Source: a virus (Duplodnaviria > Caudoviricetes). From it: 64,000 nucleotides of DNA. Below the pieces are notes generated by a model, which saw only the letters and a list, made by a program, of their open reading frames with translations, was not told the origin of the DNA and searched no databases. The stretch is from positions 1-64,000 of the IMG/VR virus record IMGVR_UViG_3300033475_000009. One strand, given 5' to 3'. Each line of letters begins with the position of its first letter. Positions within the stretch are counted from its first letter, which is position 1. The position numbers and the translations under genes are program-made. Below, piece after piece: positions 6,626 through 13,397 of this stretch.

Positions 6626-6703
6626 GTACCATTGGTGGAATAGGTAGACACGCTACACTTAAGATGTAGTCTTCGGGTATAAGTTCGAGTCTTATATGGT
6701 ACA
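6626..6703 (+). tRNA. trnL: tRNA-Leu(TAA)
   Basis: GTACCAT/ATGGTAC, CTACA-CTTAAGA-TGTAG, miniature UUCG variable arm. Confidence 0.92.
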
Positions 6704-6708
6704 CAATA

Positions 6709-6779
6709 GGGATAAAGGTCAGGGTAACTCACAATGACTGTAAATCATAGGTGCTGAAGTTCGATTCTTCATTATCCCA
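6709..6779 (+). tRNA. trnY: tRNA-Tyr(GTA), short variable region
   Basis: GGGATAA/TTATCCC, ATGA-CTGTAAA-TCAT, TGAAG-TTCGATT-CTTCA, A73. Confidence 0.8.
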
Positions 6780-6784
6780 CTTAT

Positions 6785-6870
6785 AGAGAGTAAACTAATC
6801 AGGGGATTAGACCTTCCTGCTAAGAAGTGTGAAGCCTAAAAACTTTGAGTTTCGAGTACTCTGCTCTCTG
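6785..6870 (+). tRNA. trnS: tRNA-Ser(GCT)
   Basis: AGAGAGT/GCTCTCT, CTTC-CTGCTAA-GAAG, long variable arm, G73. Confidence 0.88.
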
Positions 6871-6876
6871 CTATAA

Positions 6877-6967
6877 GGAGGTTATCTGGCTGGATGAAGA
6901 GCCTGTCTTGAAAACAGGTAAGTCGATTTAATAAGTTGGCTTGTGAGTTCGAGTCTCACAGCCTCCT
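6877..6967 (+). tRNA. trnS: tRNA-Ser(TGA)
   Basis: GGAGGTT/AGCCTCC, CCTGT-CTTGAAA-ACAGG, long variable arm. Confidence 0.9.
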
Positions 6968-6970
6968 CTT

Positions 6971-7042
6971 GTCTAGTATTACTAATGGATAGTATATAGT
7001 CTGCAAAACTATAAATAGAAAGTTCGATTCTTTCACTAGACT
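6971..7042 (+). tRNA. trnC: tRNA-Cys(GCA)
   Basis: GTCTAGT/ACTAGAC, ATAGT-CTGCAAA-ACTAT, U73. Confidence 0.9.
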
Positions 7043-7066
7043 CTTGTTTATTTAAAATAAAATATA

Positions 7067-7074
7067 TAATTTTA
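7067..7074 (+). promoter_or_regulatory. -7-like element for leader 3
   Basis: TAATTTTA-CATT-ATG; TTTACATTATG is identical to leader 1. Confidence 0.5.
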
Positions 7075-7078
7075 CATT

Positions 7079-7153
7079 ATGAAACAGATAATAATAGCCA
7101 TTATTCGTATAGCAGTCAGATCTAATCTGAGTGAGGATAATGTTATTATATAA
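7079..7153 (+). CDS. attenuator leader peptide 3 MKQIIIAIIRIAVRSNLSEDNVII
   Basis: 24-codon ORF; 11 consecutive Ile/Ala/Arg/Val codons matching the downstream array. Confidence 0.88.
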   Translation: MKQIIIAIIRIAVRSNLSEDNVII

Positions 7154-7186
7154 GATACGATTGTTGTAGATTTTGATTAATACACT

Positions 7187-7221
7187 AGCCTTACTCTAAA
7201 AAAGTAGGGCTTTTGTATTTT
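7187..7221 (+). terminator. attenuator terminator 3
   Basis: AGCCTTACT/AGTAGGGCT + TTTGTATTTT; alternative pairing GAGTGAGG (7129-7136) with CCTTACTC (7189-7196). Confidence 0.82.
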
Positions 7222-7223
7222 AT

Positions 7224-7296
7224 GGGGGATTAGTTAAGATGAATATAATAATACACTTGCAATGTATAGTCAGGAGTTTGAGTCTCCTATTCTCCA
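7224..7296 (+). tRNA. trnA: tRNA-Ala(TGC)
   Basis: GGGGGAT/ATTCTCC with G3:U70, ATACA-CTTGCAA-TGTAT. Confidence 0.9.
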
Positions 7297-7301
7297 CTAG
7301 T

Positions 7302-7373
7302 AGGAATATAGTAGAAAGGTTAGCACAATTGCCTGATAAGCAATTAATCCTAGTTCGAGTCTAGGTATTCCTA
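7302..7373 (+). tRNA. trnI: tRNA-Ile(GAT)
   Basis: AGGAATA/TATTCCT, ATTGC-CTGATAA-GCAAT. Confidence 0.9.
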
Positions 7374-7377
7374 CTAT

Positions 7378-7449
7378 AGCTTTATAGTACAATGGATAGT
7401 ACATCTGTCTTCTAAACAGAGAATGATTGTTCGATTCAATCTAAAGCTA
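7378..7449 (+). tRNA. trnR: tRNA-Arg(TCT)
   Basis: AGCTTTA/TAAAGCT, TCTGT-CTTCTAA-ACAGA. Confidence 0.92.
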
Positions 7450-7452
7450 CAG

Positions 7453-7524
7453 GGAAGTATAGTTCAATGAATAGAATCTATAGCTACGGACTATAGGATA
7501 AAGGTTTGAATCCTTTTACTTCCT
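7453..7524 (+). tRNA. trnR: tRNA-Arg(ACG)
   Basis: GGAAGTA/TACTTCC, TATAG-CTACGGA-CTATA. Confidence 0.88.
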
Positions 7525-7529
7525 CTTAT

Positions 7530-7600
7530 TGCTTATTAGTTTAATGGAAGAACACTAGTTTTACATACTAGTAGAGATAGTTCGATTCTATCATAAGCAA
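7530..7600 (+). tRNA. trnV: tRNA-Val(TAC)
   Basis: TGCTTAT/ATAAGCA, CTAGT-TTTACAT-ACTAG. Confidence 0.9.
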
Positions 7601-7605
7601 CATAC

Positions 7606-7680
7606 TGAGAGTTCATATAATGGTTATTATGCCAATCTTATACATTGGTCAAAAGAGTTCAATTCTCTTACTCTCTACCA
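7606..7680 (+). tRNA. trnI: tRNA-Ile(TAT)
   Basis: TGAGAGT/ACTCTCT (1:72 mismatch), CCAAT-CTTATAC-ATTGG, A73, encoded CCA. Confidence 0.85.
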
Positions 7681-7725
7681 TTAAAACTTTTATTATTTTT
7701 ATTTTGTATATATTATACTTTATAT

Positions 7726-7733
7726 TACCTTTG
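7726..7733 (+). promoter_or_regulatory. -7 promoter element for leader 4
   Basis: TACCTTTG, exact TAnnTTTG match; ATG 7 nt downstream. Confidence 0.65.
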
Positions 7734-7740
7734 AATTAAT

Positions 7741-7800
7741 ATGAAGAATGTAACAATCTTTACTCCCTTTACGCAAGAGCATCAGTTTCTGATGGGGTAA
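7741..7800 (+). CDS. attenuator leader peptide 4 MKNVTIFTPFTQEHQFLMG
   Basis: 19-codon ORF; Thr/Phe/Gln/Glu/His make up 10 of 12 codons in the control run, matching the downstream array. Confidence 0.88.
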   Translation: MKNVTIFTPFTQEHQFLMG

Positions 7801-7833
7801 AGGATATTGTTTTCTTCTACATTAAATTTCCTT

Positions 7834-7871
7834 CCCTATCAAACTAAAAATCTGATAGGGTTTTTCTTTTT
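7834..7871 (+). terminator. attenuator terminator 4
   Basis: CCCTATCA/TGATAGGG + TTTTTCTTTTT; alternative pairing TGATGGGG (7790-7797) with CCCTATCA. Confidence 0.85.
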
Positions 7872-7881
7872 ATGTATTTAT

Positions 7882-8382
7882 ATGATAGTAAGTTGTCAAC
7901 ACTGTGGAAAAGATTTTAATTGTACTAGTAGAAGATATAATTTTAATATTAAAAAAGGTTTTAAAATATATTGTTCTAGAGAATGTAATCATAAAGATAA
8001 AATTAAAAACATAATAGTAAGATGTAATTATTGTGGTAAAGAAGTAATTAAAAAACAATATAATCTAAATAAAACTAAATCAGGTAATTATTATTGTAAT
8101 AAGTCTTGTGCTAATTCTATAAATAATTCTTTGTATAAAGTTGGAGAAAAGCATCCTAATTTTATTAATGGTAGATCCTCATATAGAAATATAAAACTTA
8201 GAGATTCTAATTACTGCTGTGAAAATTGTGGAATAACTGATAAAAGAGTTATAGAAGTTCATCATATAGACAGAGATAGAACCAATAATAAATTAGAAAA
8301 TCTTAAAATTTTATGTGCTAATTGTCACTTAATAGAACATTATGAAGAAAGAAAATTAAAAAATGGTGTTAGTGGCAGATAG
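7882..8382 (+). CDS. HNH endonuclease with Cys-rich Zn-binding repeats (166 aa from the corrected start)
   Basis: CQHCGK..YCSREC, CNYCGK..YCNKSC, CENCG..EVHHIDRDRTNNKLENLKILCANCH; start moved downstream of the terminator. Confidence 0.85.
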   Translation: MIVSCQHCGKDFNCTSRRYNFNIKKGFKIYCSRECNHKDKIKNIIVRCNYCGKEVIKKQYNLNKTKSGNYYCNKSCANSINNSLYKVGEKHPNFINGRSSYRNIKLRDSNYCCENCGITDKRVIEVHHIDRDRTNNKLENLKILCANCHLIEHYEERKLKNGVSGR

Positions 8383-8437
8383 GTAATGCGCTAGTTTGTG
8401 AAGCTAGTTTATATGGGTTCAAATCCCATCTAACACC
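8365..8437 (+). tRNA. trnH: tRNA-His(GTG)
   Basis: G-1:C73, GTGTTAG/CTAACAC, CTAGT-TTGTGAA-GCTAG. Confidence 0.92.
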
Positions 8438-8442
8438 TATTA

Positions 8443-8514
8443 GCTCCTGTCGTCTAGTGGCTAGGACGAATGCTTTTCAAGCATTAAAAGAGGGATCGAA
8501 ACCCTTCAGGAGTA
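8443..8514 (+). tRNA. trnE: tRNA-Glu(TTC)
   Basis: GCTCCTG/CAGGAGT, AATGC-TTTTCAA-GCATT. Confidence 0.9.
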
Positions 8515-8520
8515 CTATAT

Positions 8521-8594
8521 TCCAGATTAGTTTTATATGGCTAAAACACATCTCTTGTAAAGATAAGTACTCAGTTCGATGCTGAGATCTGGAT
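8521..8594 (+). tRNA. trnT: tRNA-Thr(TGT)
   Basis: TCCAGAT/ATCTGGA, ATCT-CTTGTAA-AGAT, CTCAG-TTCGATG-CTGAG. Confidence 0.88.
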
Positions 8595-8599
8595 CTTAT

Positions 8600-8672
8600 G
8601 GAACTAAAGCTAATCAGGTGAAAGCACTGGTCTGAAAAACCAGAGAGGTTAGATCGTTACTAACTGGTTCCA
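8600..8672 (+). tRNA. trnF: tRNA-Phe(GAA)
   Basis: GGAACTA/TGGTTCC, CTGGT-CTGAAAA-ACCAG. Confidence 0.88.
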
Positions 8673-8679
8673 CACATAA

Positions 8680-8752
8680 TGTCCTATGGTGTAATTGGCA
8701 ACACGTCTGACTTTGATTCAGGAGAGTCTAGGTTCAAACCCTAGTAGGATAA
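8680..8752 (+). tRNA. trnQ: tRNA-Gln(TTG)
   Basis: TGTCCTA/TAGGATA, TCTGA-CTTTGAT-TCAGG. Confidence 0.92.
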
Positions 8753-8757
8753 CTAAG

Positions 8758-8928
8758 TTATTTTATAATTAATTTTGTTATAAAATTCTTAATTTTAGAT
8801 AATATATTTTCTTCACTAACTATCTGAGTACTAATTTCTTCTATTACCTTAGTATCTTCTACTTTATTTTTATATCTTTTTAAGTGAGTAAATCCACTAT
8901 GTTTTCTATGTCTATTTCTATTTCTCAT
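8758..8928 (-). CDS. small hypothetical protein (56 aa) with basic N-terminus
   Basis: Manual translation MRNRNRHRKHSGFTHLKRYKNKVEDTKVIEEIS...; not in the ORF track. Confidence 0.4.
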   Translation of the reverse strand: MRNRNRHRKHSGFTHLKRYKNKVEDTKVIEEISTQIVSEENILSKIKNFITKLIIK

Positions 8929-8995
8929 ATAACATTTATTTATTTTATATTTAAAATTAATAATTAATTATATGGTTTTATAATTATTTTAATTA

Positions 8996-9003
8996 TATAT
9001 TTG
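8996..9003 (+). promoter_or_regulatory. -7 promoter element at the start of the + strand module
   Basis: TATATTTG upstream of ORF 9030. Confidence 0.55.
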
Positions 9004-9029
9004 TCTAACCAAAACAATAGTAGTTATAT

Positions 9030-9425
9030 ATGTCAGAAGTAGGTACTTCATCCAAGATATTAACTCTTAGGATTAGTCAGGAAGATTATATAGAGAAGTA
9101 CCTACTTCTTTGGAAAGGTTATTTAAATCTTACTAATAGTGATATATCTGTTCTTAAAGAATTTATTATTATATTTCGTAGTATAAATAATACTAATGAG
9201 GATTTAGCTTTCATAGAAGTATTTAATAAAGAAAATAGGAAAGTAGTAGCTGATAGATTAGGCATATCTGAATACTCATTTAATAATATCTTTATGAGGT
9301 TAAAGAATGAGAAAGGTATTATACAGAAGACCAGATATGGATACAGACTTAATCCTAAAGTACTACCAGTAGATGAAATTACCTTTAAATTTAAGATAGA
9401 TGGCATACAATCTAGTACCTACTGA
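9030..9425 (+). CDS. putative winged-helix DNA-binding protein
   Basis: HTH-like RKVVADRLGISEYSFNNIFMRLKNEKGII followed by a beta wing. Confidence 0.6.
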   Translation: MSEVGTSSKILTLRISQEDYIEKYLLLWKGYLNLTNSDISVLKEFIIIFRSINNTNEDLAFIEVFNKENRKVVADRLGISEYSFNNIFMRLKNEKGIIQKTRYGYRLNPKVLPVDEITFKFKIDGIQSSTY

Positions 9426-9735
9426 TCTATATGATAATATAAAAAGAAATGAAGTTACTATAGTTGAAGATTATATTAAGACATTAGAATATAATAATAA
9501 AACTTTAGATTTCATTACTACTTTATTTATGTATGCAGTAACTATGAAGGTATATGATACTGCTAAAATGCTAGCTTGTTATGGAGCTAATACTCATGGA
9601 AACTGGGGAGACTGGGCATTATATTATAATATGAGAAGAAGAGTGCCTTTTATAGGCCCAGTAATTAATGATCCTAGAGAGGTATGCGAATCTTGTGGTA
9701 AAACTACTATATGTAAATGTGGATGTAATGAATAA
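9400..9735 (+). CDS. hypothetical protein with C-terminal Cys cluster
   Basis: CESCGKTTICKCGC. Confidence 0.6.
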   Translation: MAYNLVPTDLYDNIKRNEVTIVEDYIKTLEYNNKTLDFITTLFMYAVTMKVYDTAKMLACYGANTHGNWGDWALYYNMRRRVPFIGPVINDPREVCESCGKTTICKCGCNE

Positions 9736-9994
9736 AGTTATAGCTTATAAAACTATTTTAATAAATACTTCTACTAATTGTACTTTTATAGCTAGTAAAT
9801 TAGACGAACAAATTCAAACAGGTTCTAGAAATAATGATAGCCATATAGAATGGGCAGGGGAACTAGATATTTCTATAATAAATAATTTAAAATACTTACT
9901 TTATGAGTTATACGAAGATATAAAACATGGTGATGAAGAACATCAGTTATGGTTAAAAAATAAAATAGATGATTTTATAAAAATTAAAAGTTAA
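9668..9994 (+). CDS. hypothetical protein; true start probably ATG 9728
   Basis: ORF track; HGDEEHQLWLKNKI motif. Confidence 0.55.
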   Translation: MILERYANLVVKLLYVNVDVMNKVIAYKTILINTSTNCTFIASKLDEQIQTGSRNNDSHIEWAGELDISIINNLKYLLYELYEDIKHGDEEHQLWLKNKIDDFIKIKS

Positions 9995-10006
9995 ACTTAA
10001 AACTAT

Positions 10007-10249
10007 ATGGATTTCGGAAGTGCTTTTACAGCTATAAAAGATAGTACTTTATCTAAAATATTTAATAATAATCCTAAAGGTATGAGGCTACCTTCTTGGA
10101 GTAGTGATGTAATTATTAGAATATATAAACCTATAGAAGGTAGTGATATGACTGCTCCTTATTTATATGTAGAAAGTAGATTTGGTAGAGTACCTTGGAA
10201 AGAAACTATGATTGAACTTTTTTCTGATAATTGGGAATTAGTAGACTAA
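10007..10249 (+). CDS. DUF2829-family protein (Tad2-like)
   Basis: MDFGSAF..K...MRLPSW...MTAPYLY......PWKETMIELFSDNWELV. Confidence 0.7.
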   Translation: MDFGSAFTAIKDSTLSKIFNNNPKGMRLPSWSSDVIIRIYKPIEGSDMTAPYLYVESRFGRVPWKETMIELFSDNWELVD

Positions 10250-10560
10250 AATATTATATGAGTCAATATCTTAATCTATATAAAAGAGTTCAAGCTAATC
10301 TTAAAGCTAAAGGTATAGAAGTAGAGATTAGAGTTATAGAAAAATGCTTCAGACACCAGTTTAAATTTACTAGAAAGATAATAGAAACCGGTGATTGGTA
10401 TGCAGTAAGATTACAGTACTTAGGTATATTTGGAGTTAAAACTAATAGAGTTAAATATACTAATCAGGGTGAGATTAGAAATCAGGTAATAGAAGCTAAT
10501 AAAGGAGATATTGTCACAGTTAAAACCCCATCTAATAAGTACATTAACATACGGGTATAA
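10231..10560 (+). CDS. HU/IHF-like DNA-binding protein
   Basis: Helical N-terminus then VRLQYLGIFGVK arm. Confidence 0.5.
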   Translation: MGISRLKYYMSQYLNLYKRVQANLKAKGIEVEIRVIEKCFRHQFKFTRKIIETGDWYAVRLQYLGIFGVKTNRVKYTNQGEIRNQVIEANKGDIVTVKTPSNKYINIRV

Positions 10561-10720
10561 TAGTATTTCTATTGAAGAGGTATTAAGAGAATCTCTTAGT
10601 AAAGATATTATACTTAGTCAATTCTGTAGTACTAATGAATTTTTCTATGAAAAGAATATTCATTTAACTAATATAGAAAGTAAATATTTATTAGTTATTA
10701 ACATGTTTAGATATGAGTAA
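10511..10720 (+). CDS. hypothetical protein
   Basis: ORF track; start uncertain. Confidence 0.35.
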   Translation: MSQLKPHLISTLTYGYNSISIEEVLRESLSKDIILSQFCSTNEFFYEKNIHLTNIESKYLLVINMFRYE

Positions 10721-11222
10721 TGATGTATTTGAAGTTATTGATGGAGAAATTTTAATCAATGACTTTAATAAAATGATACCTGAGTTTAGAATTCTTACTA
10801 CTAAAGAAGATCTTTTATATGTATATCATATGGGTAGTTATAGATCTCCTTATAGTAATTATGATTCTGATATAAAAAAACAAAAGGTAATAAATGATTT
10901 TTGTCCTGACCTTACTATAAGCATTCATCATCAGCAAGCTATAGATAAATTTATTGAGCTTCAGGAAACACCTAGTATGAGATTTTATTTGGCTAATGAA
11001 AAAGCTATGAAGAATCTTACAGATTTTCTTAATGAAGTAGATATTAGAATTATGGATGATAAAGGTAAACCTATTTATAAACCTTATGATCTTACTAATG
11101 CTATGAAAGAATCAGGTAAAATTATAGAAGCACATAAAACTCTTAAAGAACAGGTAATGAAAGAATCTGTAGTATCTAATACTATTAGAGGAGGTTATGT
11201 ACCTAATAAGTGGGAAGAATAA
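10713..11222 (+). CDS. conserved crAss-like protein upstream of TerL, candidate small terminase
   Basis: Position, helical content, C-terminal IRGG motif. Confidence 0.5.
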   Translation: MSNDVFEVIDGEILINDFNKMIPEFRILTTKEDLLYVYHMGSYRSPYSNYDSDIKKQKVINDFCPDLTISIHHQQAIDKFIELQETPSMRFYLANEKAMKNLTDFLNEVDIRIMDDKGKPIYKPYDLTNAMKESGKIIEAHKTLKEQVMKESVVSNTIRGGYVPNKWEE

Positions 11223-11372
11223 ACTATTAAAATTTAAAATTATGATAACTAAAAAACAAAAATTACATCTCTTAGACCTGGAGATCCTAACTCTAAATGT
11301 AATAAAATTATTAAGTATTATTTTCTAGGCTTATTAGTTTTCAAAAGTGAAGAACTAATAGAGGACTAATTA

Positions 11373-13397
11373 ATGAAATTTACTAATACTAAATATTTCT
11401 CAGAAGCTGGCAATTACTATTTAAAAAATGGTATCTATACTAAAGCTTTACCTAATACAATAGAGCACAGTAAATTTTGGGATGAAGAAAAAAGAAGATG
11501 TATAGAAGGTTATACTATAGGAGATACTGAAATTACAGGAGATCATTACTTTTATTTAAATTATTCTCCTATCAGAAGAGTAGTATATGATAAAGGAGGC
11601 AATGTTACTAAAAATGTATCTAAGAAAGTATCATTACCTGATTTTTGGGATGGGGATTATGAATTTTTTTGGTGTAGAGAAATAGCTAAGAACGGTATAG
11701 ATGAAAATAAATATAAAAGTCTTCAATTAAAATCTAAAATAAAACACTTATCTGGAGGTAGACATTTAATATGTGGTAAATCCAGACGTAAAGGTTTTAG
11801 TTTTAAGACAGGTAGCATAGCTTTAAAAGAATATTTATTCAATCGTAAGAGTCAAACCCTTATAGCTTCTTTTGAAGAAAAATATGCCAAAGATACTTTT
11901 GTAAAAGCTAAAGAATATTCAGATCACTTAAATTCAATAGCTATAAATTCCCCATTTGCTAAGAGAAAACTTATCAATTCTGTAGCTGATCTTCATATGA
12001 AGTCAGGATTTAAGAAATCTATAGATGGTATAGAAGTAGATGCAGGATTTTTATCTGAGATAGTAGGTGTCACTTTTCAAAACAACCCTGATGCTTCTAG
12101 AGGTAAAGACCCTAACCTAGTAATATTTGAAGAAGCTGGTACATTTGCTAATCTTAAAGATGCTTTTAGAGCTGTAGAACCTTCTTTAAAGGATGGAGAT
12201 TATGTAACAGGACAAGCTATTATTTTTGGTACAGGTGGAGATATGGAATATGGTACATTGGAGTTTAATGAAATGTATTATAATCCAGAACCTTATGATA
12301 TGTTAGCTTTTGAAAATATATGGGATGAAGAATATTCAGATCAAACTTGTGGATTTTTCTTTCCTGTATATCTTAATAAAGTAGGTCATATAGATGATGA
12401 TGGTAATTCTAATATAGAATCAGCTATTCAATCAGAGAAGGCTAAAAGAGAACTTATTAAGAAAACAGCTAAAGATAAACAACAATTAGTTAAATATATT
12501 GTAGAGCAACCTTTTACTCCAAAAGAAGCCTTTAGTATATCTTCTACCAATATATTTAATGTATATGAGTTAGATCTTCATTTACGAAGTTTAGAAGCTA
12601 ATCCTACTATAGATAGTACAGGAATAAGAGGATTTTTAACTGTAGGAAGTGCTGGAAATATAGAATTTGTAAAAGACGATACTTTAATAGAATGTGGTTT
12701 TCCAGTTACTGAGAAGGAAAAACATGCAGGTGCTATAGTTATTTATGAGTTTCCTCCTACTGATGGTATACCTGAAACTTTATATATAGCTGGTTTAGAC
12801 CCTTATGCAAAAGATCAGGCCGTATATAGTTCCTCATTAGGAGCCTGTTATATATATAAAAGATCTACTATTAATAATGGTACAGGAGATAGATTAGTAG
12901 CCTCTTATATAGGAAGACCTGAAACTCTTAAACAATATCATGAAGCTGTACGTAGATTACTATTATTCTATAATGCTAAGTGTCTATATGAGAACCAAAT
13001 AAATTCCTTTAAAGAATTTTTGGAAAATAAAAATTGCTTATATTTACTAGCCGAAACTCCAACTTGTCTAAAAGCTACTAAAAATATCATTAGAAAGGGT
13101 TATGGACAAACAATGAATAAAGATGTAAAGTTAGAGTTAGAGACTTATTTAGCTGAATGGTTATTAGAAATTAATTCAGAAGGAGTACCTAATTATAAGT
13201 TTATATATGATAAAGCTTTAATTAAAGAACTTATATCATATAATGATAAAGGAAACTTTGATAGAGTTATAAGTCTTATGTTATGTATTTTATATAAGAT
13301 ACAGTTGACTAAGATTATAATAGAAGAAAGAAAGAAAGTAATTAAAGATTCCTTCTTAACCAGAAGATTATTCTCAAACAGACATATAAATGGCTAG
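11373..13397 (+). CDS. terL: terminase large subunit
   Basis: Walker A-like GKSRRKGFS, Walker B IFEEAG, coupling motif GTGGDM, RNase H nuclease IAGLDPY and DRVISL. Confidence 0.95.
   Translation: MKFTNTKYFSEAGNYYLKNGIYTKALPNTIEHSKFWDEEKRRCIEGYTIGDTEITGDHYFYLNYSPIRRVVYDKGGNVTKNVSKKVSLPDFWDGDYEFFWCREIAKNGIDENKYKSLQLKSKIKHLSGGRHLICGKSRRKGFSFKTGSIALKEYLFNRKSQTLIASFEEKYAKDTFVKAKEYSDHLNSIAINSPFAKRKLINSVADLHMKSGFKKSIDGIEVDAGFLSEIVGVTFQNNPDASRGKDPNLVIFEEAGTFANLKDAFRAVEPSLKDGDYVTGQAIIFGTGGDMEYGTLEFNEMYYNPEPYDMLAFENIWDEEYSDQTCGFFFPVYLNKVGHIDDDGNSNIESAIQSEKAKRELIKKTAKDKQQLVKYIVEQPFTPKEAFSISSTNIFNVYELDLHLRSLEANPTIDSTGIRGFLTVGSAGNIEFVKDDTLIECGFPVTEKEKHAGAIVIYEFPPTDGIPETLYIAGLDPYAKDQAVYSSSLGACYIYKRSTINNGTGDRLVASYIGRPETLKQYHEAVRRLLLFYNAKCLYENQINSFKEFLENKNCLYLLAETPTCLKATKNIIRKGYGQTMNKDVKLELETYLAEWLLEINSEGVPNYKFIYDKALIKELISYNDKGNFDRVISLMLCILYKIQLTKIIIEERKKVIKDSFLTRRLFSNRHING

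Noticed and set aside
4932-7871. T-box riboswitches as the tRNA-sensing mechanism
   Set aside because: No T-box consensus or Stem I specifier architecture; the leaders are short ORFs with trp-like alternative stems.
7807-7881. ORF-track N-terminal extension of HNH 2
   Set aside because: It runs through the attenuator terminator; ATG 7882 is the plausible start.
11242-11369. Possible frameshifted 42-codon gene before TerL (one A missing in the AAAAAAC run)
   Set aside because: Could be a homopolymer error or decayed ORF; the slippery site is not in the canonical frame and there is no recognisable product.
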